This document shows positions 24,533-36,368 of a stretch of 64,000 nucleotides of DNA, piece by piece. The notes beneath the pieces were generated by a model. That model made no database searches. It had not been told where the DNA came from and saw nothing but the letters and a program-made list of their open reading frames with translations. Both the position numbers and the translations under genes were made by a program. This DNA is from Oculina patagonica (lineage: Eukaryota), in assembly GCF_052425735.1 (NCBI RefSeq), contig NC_135769.1:2604001-2668000 (forward strand). The letters run 5' to 3'. The number at the start of each line of letters is the position of its first letter. Position 1 is the first letter of the stretch.

Positions 24533-24793
24533 GGCCGTTTTCACTCTAGAGACGGACAAATCGTCTGAGAAGGACAAATCGGTGTGAAAACGGGACGGAC
24601 ACGATTTTGGACGTACAAGTCGACTGAATTTGTCCGTCGATTTGGCCGTCTGGGAAGACGATTTTTTTAGGGCGACTTAATCGTCTTGACAGACAACTCG
24701 TCTAAAAGCTGTCTTTAATTCACACTAGACGAACAAATTGTCAGACGACTTGTCCGTCTGGACGATTTGTCTATCTTCTAGTGTGAAAACGAC
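24533..24793. mobile_element. MITE nested in a TAGAGC-family copy
   Basis: TIR ggccgttttcactctaga / tctagtgtgaaaacgac. The host element resumes as aatgcaaacacgaattactttcgacactcaa. Confidence 0.65.
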
Positions 24794-25124
24794 AAATGCA
24801 AACACGAATTACTTTCGACACTCAAGGGAAAACCGAATTCAGCATTGTATTTGGCGATTTTCTTCGTAGTAAGTCCATGCACCGAAACGAATTCGCAAGG
24901 TTTAGCACTAGGAAAGGCTTAAGGGGAACGACATGCAGTAATACATATTTAACGACTAGATAATTATAACAACTAAATTTGCATTGAGTATAATAAAGAC
25001 ACAAACACTGCTCATAGTTGCGTACGAGTCATTTTATTTGCATTGTCTAGGGCACTATTGTAGCAGCTCAAATATTAAGTCTTCACACTGTTACAGCTGA
25101 ATGCATTAAAGACTGAACAGAGAA

Positions 25125-25184
25125 GAACTTTACTCGAGACTATTTCACTGACTAAGCAGTTTACAAACAGTCTGTCATGAATTC
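25125..25184 (-). promoter_or_regulatory. Type II SECIS element, candidate for the GPx gene
   Basis: The - strand reads gaattc AUGAc agactgttt gt AAA ctg-cttagt-cag tg aaatagtct cGAg taaagttc. This fits AUGA-N12-AA-N25-GA, with a 9-bp helix II and an apical mini-stem. AATAAA follows at 25038-25033. Confidence 0.7.
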
Positions 25185-26101
25185 GAGCCAGAATACAATA
25201 ACTATGTACCTTCTAAACACTACAGATAAATTGTTCCTTAAGAAGAAACCAGTTCTTGTTCCAAATTTAAATGCATGGGAGTTAGAAAACTCAAATTCAT
25301 TAGGACTTCGAATAGATTTTTCAATTCTCGGATTGAAAATTATATCTTTTGTATAGTTTTACAAATTTCAAATTAAATAAATTTTGTCATGAATTAGAAG
25401 CAAAATATATAAATTTTTAGTCCAGGTATTTGCAAATTGTCGAATTTTACTTGTTCAAACTGTTTTACTTTTCCTTGTGTAGCACTTCAAGGGAAATTAC
25501 CACGAAGATTTATTTCTCTTTTTTCAATGTTCATAATTAATTCTGTAGCGTGAGAAGGGTTCAGTGAGCTGGGATTTGAAGGAAAAAAAAGTGTTTGAAA
25601 GCTCAACGAAGTAGAACAAGGTAAACAGTAGCCTGCGTGCAGCCCTCTCCTACTTCTTTGTGTGTAAAGGGGAGGAAATAGGAGGCGGTTTCACGCAGGC
25701 TAGGTCAGCAGACCTGCATCCAAAACCAGTGTGTCCAAAAACTGACTGAGCCCGCGCGCGCGAGGCAGTTGCTAAGCAACATGACGTCAAATCAACGTCA
25801 TCATACAGTCGGGAGAACAAGTACTAGTTGGCCTGCGATTTTCTTGATCGATGTTGCTAAGCAATATGACGTAACTTATTGCGCCATGCTGACGTCAACA
25901 TTTCAGACTATTCAGGAGCTTTCGCGCTCAGTTTTGATTGGCTAATAACAGCCGTCAATTCTTCGAGTGCCGAAAATGGCGTTTGTTTTCCCTAATGTAC
26001 AACAAAAATTTGCGTTTAAAAAAAATACATTTCTGTTTCCAGTGAGTATGTTGGCAAGCTACAATGGAAAAGAAAAACAGTTTCAACAAGCAATTTTCAG
26101 T

Positions 26102-26589
26102 CTAGTCTCCTTTGCCCCAGATTCTATTCTTTTGTTTTCGATTTCTCTCCTCTTGGCATGCGGTCATTAGCTTTTCGATGTGAGCCCGTATATCGTCTGG
26201 TTCGTATGGTGCGGTGTATCGAGCTTTCGGTTGCCCCGTGTGATCTATCAGCACCTTCTCGAAATTCCAGTTGATGTCGTTGTTTCGAACGGGTGACCAT
26301 CTGATATTGCTCAAGTCATCTATGAATCCGTATGGAGTCGGACATCGGGACTGAAACGAAGCAATAAAAATAAAAAATAAAAAGACAGACAAACACACTG
26401 TTAGGTAGGTAGGCATTTAGAACTTATATTTACCGTTGAAGGTTAGATAGGAAAACAGGCAGGCAAGTAGGTGGGTGGGTGGGTAGTTAGGTAGGTAGGT
26501 AGGGGGGGATAGGTAGGTAGGTAGGTAGGTAGGGAGGGAGGGAGGGAGGGAGGGAGGGAGGGTGTGAGGTAGGCAGGTAAGCAGGTAAG

Positions 26590-26620
<31 letters not shown>

Positions 26621-28152
26621 CTAGGTGTGTAGGTTTAATTCACCGTTTTGCATCTTTTGCACCAGCTTCTGGCCTTTCGGCTTTCGCGGCCAGCGGGCGA
26701 CGCCAAATTTCGCGTCTCATCCTAAATGGTGCGTTCTTCGGGGAAACTTCATTGAACATATTCTTTCCTATAACGAAGTCTCTTTATATTAGCCGAAATT
26801 TCAGTTTTCTTCCTCAATTAAAAGCGCTCGGGAGCTGTGATTTAGAACGTTCACATATGACTGCATTTAAACCAGTTTTGCCGGATTTTCTCAGTTTTCC
26901 ATGTCACCTCTGACAACTTTAAAGTCAGTCTGAATAAATACAAGCGTGGTTTCGAGAACAGGTGTACAAAATAGAGACGAACAGTTCTTGCGACATTATA
27001 TACTGTGTTATTTACTCAAGATTGCAAGAGAAAAGCTTAAATTTCTAGGCCGAGAAAACTTACGTCAGTGTCACGCCCTGCCGTTTCTTTACAACTTACC
27101 TTTATGCATGACTTCTAGCTACTCACGCATGAGAAGCAGCATGTCTTTTTATAATTCAATGCGAGCTGCCTCACAGACGTTTTTATAAAAGGAGTATAAA
27201 ACGGTACTTGCCTCCACACAATCTACAAAATAAATTTCTCAGCCAATTTTCACATACTTTGGCCTTTCGCAGCCTCAGCGGTCTTATAAAAAACCTGAAA
27301 ACACTTTGCTTTGCGCGCTGTTTTTAATCAATATTATTTAAATTTATTTCATAAGTCAACTTAACTTTCTTGTAACCCAGGATCAAAGTCTGTGAAGGCA
27401 ATACCATTTGCTTTCTTGTGGGGTTTTGTATTTAATGTCTGGCTAAGTCAGACACTTCGACTGAGCCTTATTAAAATAAACGCGATTGAAATATTTGTAA
27501 GTAGGGAGCGCCAAGTAGAGGTAAGTGAAAACAATCAATCCCTCTTTGTAACAGCTACATTTAAATTAGGTAGGATATGTAAAGTAGTTGGTCGCAATCA
27601 TGCAGATCTCAGATTTCGAGATAAAATAAAAAAAAATATATAGGCAAATAAAAAATAACGACAAAAGACTGAACTTACCTTGAAAAACGAGTAAATTTCG
27701 TCCTCGTTTTTGCCATTCACATCTATCTTCTCGAACAACGGAAAGGTCGGCTCAAAACCGTGACCTGGGCGAACATACTTCAACCCGTTCACGATCTCGT
27801 ATTTGTTTTTCCCTGGTTCTTGGTATCCGAACTGGTTACATGGAAACCCGACAATTCGTAGGCCGCAGGCGTCTGTGTTTCCATCTTTTGATGTTAGTAA
27901 ATCTTCTTGTAATGCATTCAATTTTAAGTACTGATACGTGAACTCTCAAAAGGTGGCCACATTCACCGCCAACACAACATGGCCGGTAAACTCGCTCATG
28001 GATACAATGTTCCCGTCTAAATCTTTCGCGCTGAAGTCGTAAAACGACTCAGCGCCACTTCCGTGGCATAAAGAACGTGATGCCCGTCTTTCAGAACTGT
28101 CTAACGCGCCTATAAACAGGCAGAAGACAGCGAAGAACGACCAAACGTCCAT
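26102..28152 (-). CDS. GPX: Secreted selenocysteine glutathione peroxidase (GPx3-like); exons 28152-27679 and 26350-26102; 240 aa with Sec encoded by TGA at 27948-27946
   Basis: Signal peptide. The two listed ORFs are one frame through TGA: [23 protein letters not shown]. Also [34 protein letters not shown] and [12 protein letters not shown]. The intron is phase 0, GT..AG. Confidence 0.93.
26450..26625. repeat. Compound tetranucleotide microsatellite (AGGT/AGGG/AGGC)n in the GPx intron
   Basis: Directly visible. Confidence 0.9.
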
Positions 28153-28782
28153 GGTCGATACTCACTGAAGCGTTGACGGCGCGCAATATTTTTGAAAGGC
28201 GAATCAAAATTTTTTATGTAAATGACCTCACCATCGATCTTCCGTACACCTGCTTTAAAAGCTAGCTTTGTAAATAAAGCTAATTATCCTTTTATTCAGT
28301 CTCTCTTATCGGGCACCTTTTATATGTGACACTCACAAAACTACAACACATTACTTTTTTCTAAAGCGGCGCGGGTGAAAAATCTTCAAAAATGTTTTTA
28401 AAATTCTCTCTGACGCCGGAATAGAAAAAGGTTTCGTTTATAAATATCAAGATATTAATATTAATGATATCAGTAATTCAAGACAACACTATTTGCAGTA
28501 TGCATCTTTAATTTGACTGAAATTTGCGATAATGTAATATTTGCTTTAATAGTTGTGTGTTTCTTTGGCAGCGTCTTTAAGTAACTCACACATTTTCTAT
28601 CTCAGCCAATAAGAATTCGTTTCGTTTAACAACTTGCCCAGGGATGTAAAAGAAGTAATTAGAATTTGAATTAACTTTTTCCCGCAAGGCAACATCGCTT
28701 TCTTGATCCTGATAAAAACAAAAAATTGTCATTTTCTGACTTAATTTCCATATTGCATTTCCGAATACAACCAAATAAACTA

Positions 28783-28977
28783 CCTTATTGTTACTTATTT
28801 TCGCGGGGACTTAATTTCGCGAAAGTGGAGCGGGCATATTTTCGCAATTTGGCCCCAAAATACGTTTAAGACATAAGAAATACAATAAAAAAACGTTTAA
28901 AATAAATTTTCGTGGGTCTTTAATTTCACGATTTTCAAAAAATCGCGAAAATTAAGTCCCGCAAAAGAAGATAAGGT
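28783..28977. mobile_element. TA-flanked MITE
   Basis: taccttatt...ttttcgcggggacttaatttcgcg / cgcgaaaattaagtcccgcaaaa...ataaggta. Confidence 0.6.
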
Positions 28978-29843
28978 AAATAAAGTAAAACACATTAAAA
29001 TGGACAGAACCAGAGAGGGGTTTTACATTGGTTTCGTTGTAAATTTATTCAAAACATCACAAACGGCACATACATACGGCCCTGATTATTCCCAGTAATA
29101 TTCAGCCCGACACCTTTGATTGAATATGAAATAAATGAAATTTGCTATTGTCATTGCCTATTTAAAACACCCTATTTAATTTTTTTGAGTGGGGGTTTTT
29201 CATCTAAAATTACTTGACGTTTTTTTCTCTCTTCTTACAACTCATGCAGTTCTACCACATCTATCTTTATAGATTTGTGACTCTGATAGATTTATTCACT
29301 TGGATATAAAGGTTTTTTTTAATTATATTCAGATCACAATGGCCACTGAAAAACCATTTTATGGATGTAACTAAAAAAATTATTATAATTATTACTATCT
29401 CACATTTATTTCACACTGTCAGAAAAAAACATCTCTAGCTGCAGTAGAATTACGGTGTTAGTTAGTTAGTTTGTTCAGTTCCATTTAATCCTTATTTTAT
29501 ACTTAATGCTCTAACTGGGGAAAATAGCTAACAACATTCAATATAGCTCGCAACTTGCTTGGCGCGCGCGAGGAAACGCGTAGATCTCCTACGTGCGACC
29601 CCGAAGCTCGTATGCTAGCTCTAGTTCAGTGTTAACTGGATAAAAGGAAAACTGGCGAGCATCTAAGGGGGTGGGGGGTGGGGGGTAGAAAATTTTTTCT
29701 CTGCAATTTTTTTTAGTTTATGCAACTCTGCAAACTTTTTTTTGAATTCTACCTATGTTTTGTTCTAAATATCGTGTTTTCAATTTTTTTCAATGTTTTT
29801 CATATCCCCCTCCAAAAAATAATGGACTAGTTCCCCTAACACA

Positions 29844-30698
29844 TCAATTGACCGTGCTCATACTAAGTAATTTAGCTGCTTGCTCTCTGATGTCGTCATC
29901 AAGCGCAACGAACATCTCATTTCCCAGGCGAACTTTCGGGATGCGATCTCTCTTTTCAGCGCTCCTCTTTTTCACGCCAAGCTTCTGATAAAAGGGGACA
30001 AGCTCATTTCGGCAGCCTCCAATAACTTCCTTTACCCCGAGACCGGAAGCCACTTGGACCGCGTACGCACACATACCTTTCCCCAGGCCACGGCCGCGGA
30101 ACTCGGGCTTCACAACGAGGGCGGAGAGCGTGATGTTATGAATTGTGTTTGGGGAGGGCGTTTGCGATAGCTCCAGTTCTTCGGAATCTTTTTTGTTTAA
30201 CAGTGACGGGTCTAAACCAGCTACTTCCATGTACTGTTGAACTGCAGGAAAAGAAAGTCCCATCTTAAGCATCTTTCGAAATTTATTTAAATCTGGTGAC
30301 CTTGAAAAGGACATTTCCTTTAACACGCAGTGCGCAACAACTTGCTTTTCTCCGTTGCTTGAAGCCAAAGCGAGCAAATGGCACGGCAGGGTATCACGAG
30401 ACTCCTTAAGACTTGACGTGCGCACAAAGTTGGCTTCCTCGATGCCCTCGGCGGTCAGGGGGACAGGCCATTCTGACGTCACAAGGGCGGATACCTCCTC
30501 CGTATACTGGGGCACCTCGTGAAGTTTGTAAAACTCCACATGGGAAATACCAGGAACAAAATGGCGTTTATACCATAGCCATGAGAGCGCTATGATCAAA
30601 ACGCCCAAGCCAAGAGGAACACTGTGCAGTACAAGAAGAAATGCACCAACCAGCAACACGGCAGACCCCAAGAAAGCGGTATATTTACTATTTAACAT
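29844..30698 (-). CDS. GNAT acetyltransferase, NAA80-like, with an N-terminal hydrophobic anchor and an inserted CCDC53-like motif; single coding exon; 284 aa
   Basis: Acetyl-CoA motif A LVVKPEFRGRGLGK and motif B LVPFYQKLG. NAA80-like segment LHEVPQY..EVSALV.SEWP...R.SSL..S.D.LPCHLLA...VVAH..L. Residues 7-43 are hydrophobic. A 5'UTR splice acceptor lies near 30797. Confidence 0.8.
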   Translation of the reverse strand: MLNSKYTAFLGSAVLLVGAFLLVLHSVPLGLGVLIIALSWLWYKRHFVPGISHVEFYKLHEVPQYTEEVSALVTSEWPVPLTAEGIEEANFVRTSSLKESRDTLPCHLLALASSNGEKQVVAHCVLKEMSFSRSPDLNKFRKMLKMGLSFPAVQQYMEVAGLDPSLLNKKDSEELELSQTPSPNTIHNITLSALVVKPEFRGRGLGKGMCAYAVQVASGLGVKEVIGGCRNELVPFYQKLGVKKRSAEKRDRIPKVRLGNEMFVALDDDIREQAAKLLSMSTVN

Positions 30699-31031
30699 TG
30701 AAACAAATATTGATGAAGAACAAGGAGGAAAAATCCTACCAGGCGTACCGGCAACTTTGATGTTGACAAGCTAGTTTTGCTTTGTTGGCTTTAACCTGGA
30801 AAGAAAAAGAAAATTCAATAGTAGACTTAGAATTTTCTAAACATTAAGGAAGTCGTCTTCACTTTCTAGCTCGTGAGTTATTTATGAGGTATGAGTCAAC
30901 AAAGCATAGTTGAGTTGATTTTGGCTCTTTGAAATAAATTGAAAGCGAGTTGAAATCCTTCACCAACGGACATCACCCGTAGGGCAGACACCTCTCGTAA
31001 GTGGACAAGTAATCATGGTCCCAGCCACAGA

Positions 31032-31529
31032 TAGGCTTTTGTACATTATGCTAGCATTTTTTCGAGCATTTTAGTGGGGCAAAAGCATTGAGCATTATTC
31101 GAGCATTTTAGTGGCATTTTCCCAGAAAATTTTTTTTTCCAGAGAAAATAAAAAAGAAATTAATTTTTTAAGAGAAAATGAAGACTAAAACTAAAAATTC
31201 AACTACAAATAGCTTTCTAGAGATAGTCAACTACTTTCTGTACTTAGTCTCGTAGATGATTTCGAGGATTATGATTTTTTTGGCTGTATTTATGAACTTG
31301 TATACGTTGTTGTTGTTACTTGCAACACTTGTACGTTTTTGTAAGTGTTAACAGTTAACACCATGTCAAAAACTTTGAAATTAATTTAAAAAAAACCGTT
31401 TGTATAATGAGCATTAACCGAGCATTTTAGTGACTTTTTTGGGGGAGACCGAGCATTTTAGTGGGAAAAATAGAGCATTAAAGTGGAGCATTTAAGTGGG
31501 GAAACAAAAGCATAATGTACAAAAGCCTA
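31032..31529. mobile_element. hAT-type MITE
   Basis: TIR taggcttttgtacattatgct / agcataatgtacaaaagccta, 8-bp TSD gccacaga, subterminal gagcatttta repeats. Confidence 0.88.
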
Positions 31530-34499
31530 GCCACAGACAAACAATATATATTTAACCTTCCATAAGTGGGCATCGTTTTCCGTTTTTCACACATTTGTCT
31601 GTAACAGCAAATCAAAAGTCCGCGGAAAAATCTGCTGAAAACAAATTGGAAAAAACCCAACAACTCAGACATGTGTACGCGTTGCGGACCTACCTAATTA
31701 ATTCGCTGCGATCGTGCGTGCGATGGTTCTGCGCGAAACAGAGCCTCGTTCCCAGCTGGGTCTTTTCTTAAGAACGAGGTTTAGATTGCATGCAGTCTGC
31801 ATGAGGTCTTCAATTTACTTCAAGTCAAGAGCATTGCTCTTTTGAAGTAGACATGACACATGTTTTTTTTCAGCCGTTCCTGGAATAACCGAGACATAAC
31901 TTTAACAACACGCACATTAAAAACATTAAGTTGACCAGAATTTTCCAATGCAAGGCGTCTAAAAACAAGTTAATCGTCTTCAGACAGTTATGAAAAAGCA
32001 TTTAAGCGGGTCAAGGGCGACTGATTTAGCTTGCAGAGCTTTGTGTGTGGTTTGACTGGTATCAATGTGTGCTGGCTGTCAACGAAAGTTTTTTTTAGAA
32101 ATTCGAAGGGCACGTGTAACACGACATCTTTTTAGAGCCCGCCTGTTGCGCGGTTCTCGACATCATCTTTTTCAATTATCTTGTTTGGGCTCGTCTCGAA
32201 AGACGAGAAGAGTCTCTGAAAAAAAAAACTTTGAAGCAAGGACGGCGCGGCTCAACTTAGATTACTGTAACAGCAAATACTCTTACAAGCTTGAACTACT
32301 GAGTACAATTTAACTTTTTTCATAAAAAGGAAAAAACACACATGAATATTGGCATTATTGCATGTTTTGTTCACGAAGCCACAAGCAGAGGTCAAGATTT
32401 AATATTTCCCAAGGCTGAAATAATTTCCTTTTAACTTGACACCTTTCAATATTGGATATCACCGAATCTGCCTTGACAACACGAAAGTAGTCTGCCTAGC
32501 AGGCGCCGTCTCGCGCCTTTTGCATTTCTCAAATGCGCGCCTAAAAAATATACAGACGCTTGCTACTCAGGCTAACACGAAAGACAAAACAAAACAAAGC
32601 ATAAGATACTTGATTTTAGAATTAAAGAAAAAAGAGAGCGTTTGAACCATTTTTTTCCGTTTCACTTCCGCCAAAGTGTTCAGTTATTTCCTGCCTTGCA
32701 AAACTCAACAAAATGGCCAAACTTAGTAACAAAATGATCAGAAATAAAGCATATTTCACTTCACAAACCTCAATAAGATAAAATAACGTATTCTCCCGGC
32801 TTTCGCGCCAAAATCAAGCATCCTAAGTCATTAATTTTTGGCTCGTAAATCTTAAGATATTACTTTCAAAATTTTGCGAAAATATTGGACTTTGTTTGTG
32901 ACATTTTAGAAACAAGCTTAAACACGTTAAACTTTGCGTGCGTCTGACGTCCGGCTAAATGTTAAAATAACTGGATAGTCTTACAGAATCAGTCCGAAGG
33001 AAATGAAGTTCTATATTTTAGTGTTGTCGGTACTTTCAGATGTACATAGATGTTTAGTTTAAAAAATAACAAAAAATCGTAAAATAACGAAATCTTCACG
33101 ATGTCCATAATGCCCAATACAGTCTCGGCAACCGTTCACGACGCCGGGCGGAAAAAGGTTGGAAGTCAGTTTGAAAAAGTCTCGTGAGAGAGCATACGTA
33201 ATATATGACTTTGAAAAACCGATAGGAAGTTTATTGCACAACTCCACAGAAAGTTTTCGCAATGAAAAACTGAAGTACGATCATAATTCGAATTAAAAAC
33301 AAATCAACATAACTGAGACCAAATGAGGAAAATACCTTCAATTGACTCGTAAACAATTCCCTCATTTCCTGGATTAAAAGAAAAGTCGAGCTTGCCGTGT
33401 AATACAAGTTTTTCTTGTTTACTGAATAAACCAGTAGAGCTCATTAATTCGTGAAATGGTATATTACAACTGAAAAAATAACAATATTTTATACGACGTC
33501 AGTTATACTCTATGTTAAAGCCTTGTGAACTCAAACTAATGAAAGAAAGCAATATCTAGTAAAATATCCGAAGGGAATCTCGCGTCAAATTGGCTCACTT
33601 CCTACAAGTTCATTGCTGCATATTTCATGATTAGATTGTAATCCATTTCTATTCAAGCAACCCTCACTTCCTTATGGCTTCCTGTCATTGAAAAGCATTT
33701 ACAAGAGAGAGCTAAATAGCTACAGCGAGAATAGGGAAGAGAGTGCGAATACAGCCGCCTCTCATTCGCTCCCGCTAGCGAATGAGAGGCGGCTGTATTC
33801 GCAGGCGAAGAGAGTGCTGTTTTTTATGATACCACTTTTGAACCCAAAAAGAAAATTACACTCGGAAAACGTTTTTTTTTTGTCGTTCTCCTTGGTTTCA
33901 GCCACTGTTATTAAGTCACCCCTTACCCCCCTACCCCTACCCACTTGCGTACATAGCTCGGGGCTGGGGTGGGGTGAGGGTTTGGTGAATTATTTTTTCA
34001 AAATTTTCTTCCTTCTTTCCAGACCATTCCTGACCCAGTTGAATATTTTAAATACAACACATGTATTCAAAGGTGTGCTACTCATATTGTTATTGACCTT
34101 ATTAACCCAACTCAGGAAGAATATAAAGCCCAAATGGAACTCGGCAAGGAAATGGCGAGAAAAGACGAGCTGCAGGTAGAAAATAGGAAAATAAAATACT
34201 GCCCCTTAAATGTCTCTATGTACTGTTCCAATGCTTACGTAATACCAGTATTCCCCCTGGTGGGCCAAAGTTATATAATCTGGCCCTTCGCCAAAAACAG
34301 CACGGCAAAGGAAATCTTCCGAATCAGAGTAGGTCAATGCACAAGTTAATGCGGCTTTTACTTTTGCCTCTTTTTGGAATATCTCTGATGAAATAATCAT
34401 ATGAAGGACCTCCATTCATTTCCGGTACCGGGGCAATTGAACCCAGTCAAAACAAAGAAAAAATATCTGATGATTGAACTTTCAAGTGCCTAACATAAA

Positions 34500-35253
34500 A
34501 AAAAATAAATAAAAAGTATTTTTTTTAGCGCCAAAACCCACTAATTGCTCATGGCGCTTTACAATAAAAAATATTAATAAAATGATGTTAAAAAGTTAAA
34601 AACTCTAAAAATTTTAAAAACGGATATTTACAAATATAAGTTCAAATGTACCTAATAAATAATAATAATTAAAAAGCCTGTTTAAAAAGGTACGTTTTTA
34701 AATGTCTCTTAAAAATGTCAATAGAAGGACTTAATCTAAGTTCAAGTGGGATTGTGTTCCACAGCCTTGGGGCTGCCACGGCAAACGCTCTCTCTCCATA
34801 TGTTTTTAATTTTGCTTTGGGGGTCGCCAGAAGGTGCTGTGTAGATGATCTTAAAAATCTCCGAGAGGTGTGATAGTAAAGTAACTCTTGCATGTAGCAA
34901 GGCGCTGCCCCATGGAGAGCTTTGTAGACTAGTAAGAGAATTTTGTAAATTATACGATAGCGGACAGGTAGCCAGTGTAGCTTCTTAAGCACAGCGGAAA
35001 TATGATCGAATTTCCTAGTATGTGTAATAATTCGAGCTGCCGTATTTTGAACGGATTGTAATCTTGAAAGTAGATGCTGTGGAAGACCATATAGCAGTGA
35101 GTTGCAGTTATCCAGCTTCGAAGTAATAAAGGCAGGAACAACAGTTTTGGCACTCTCTTCATCAATGTACTTTCTAATTTTGGCTAGATTCCTTATATGG
35201 TAATGAGAAGACTTGCAGATTGATTTGATGTGTTCCTCAAGGATAACAAACAC
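34500..35253 (-). mobile_element. 5'-truncated LINE (CR1/L2 group); 3' end of ORF2 plus 3' UTR
   Basis: ORF 35253-34669 has FITSKLDNCNSLLYGLP, LQSVQNTAARII, LHWLPVRYRI.YKILLL, GERAFAVAAPRLWN.IP and FKRHLKTYLF. Confidence 0.9.
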
Positions 35254-35378
35254 TGTAAATTCTTTCTCCTTTTCAAAAATGTCTTTGCAGGAATAGAATC
35301 AACAACGTTTCCGCAAAGAAAAATGTTTTCTTTTTATAGTGAAACTCCCAAGCGCTTCCGAAGTCTTGACCACAAGGC

Positions 35379-35800
35379 CCCGGGGGGGGGGGCACTCCCT
35401 ATAATGGCCTATACGGGGAGGCTCCGCCCGAAAGGGGTACCTTTTTCAGGCTCCAGGTATATAAAAGGGTAGGGATTTCACGAGTTTAAGTATATGAAAG
35501 GGTATGGAAATCTGACATTTGGCTACTTAAAAGGGCTTTTAATTAAAATATTTCGAACAGACGCAATTTATGGCTGTATTATTTTAATTTATTAAGCGCT
35601 ACATATAAATGACAAGAAAACGTCCTATTTTAAGTCCACGCCATGCCTCTTAGGTATATGAAAGGGGTACCTTTTTTCAGTTAAAGGTATATGAAAGGGG
35701 TACAATTTCTATCAAAAATGGTATATAAATGGGTAAGGGGTTAGAACTTGGGGCGGAGCCTCCCCGTATAAAACTTTTTTGAGTACCCCCCCCCCCCGGG
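35379..35800. mobile_element. MITE with CCCGGG(G)n termini and an 8-bp TSD
   Basis: TSD cacaaggc at 35371-35378 and 35801-35808; internal subterminal inverted repeat tatacggggaggctccgccc. Confidence 0.85.
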
Positions 35801-36368
35801 CACAAGGCATTCGGCAAAAAGCATCATGCAAAGCGACTCACGAGACCGGAAATGCGTACCTCAAATTACGCCGGTGACACAGACAAAACACCGACAATTT
35901 TCTACGCGGAAAAATCACTTTCTGATCTAAAATAAAAAGAGAAAATTGAACGTTTGAATTTATCCAAAAAATCTGTCTTCTGCTCTCTCAGTCTGCATAA
36001 ATAATATTTATTTTCAGAACTACAAACAAGCGTCTTATCCAGCCGGTATTTCAAGGTCACGTTTATTTACCCGCCGCAAAACCGGTTTTCGAATCTTGTT
36101 TGTCACGTCACGTCAACGACAGCCCTGCCAAGTTCATTGAACTGATTGGCTCTTTCAGGTTTCCCTTTAGCGCGAGCAAATCACATGCCGCGAAAGATCG
36201 GGGGTCAGTGAGGGGCGGTGACGAGGCGTACAACACGCAAAAGAAAAGCAATGTTTATTTACATCTCGTGGAACGGCCACCATGACTGTCGATGAATTTT
36301 TCTTGGCTTTCTAGTTGGATTTTACGAGAGATATCCGTTTTGAATAGTCAGGAAAACGATCTTCAGTC

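Noticed and set aside
27946-27948. GPx as a pseudogene with a premature stop
   Set aside because: The TGA is at the catalytic Sec position, the rest of the frame is intact, and a SECIS candidate lies downstream.
33688-34179. 163-aa ORF with a hydrophobic stretch
   Set aside because: Non-ATG start, it crosses a small palindromic repeat, and it has no recognisable motif or splice support.
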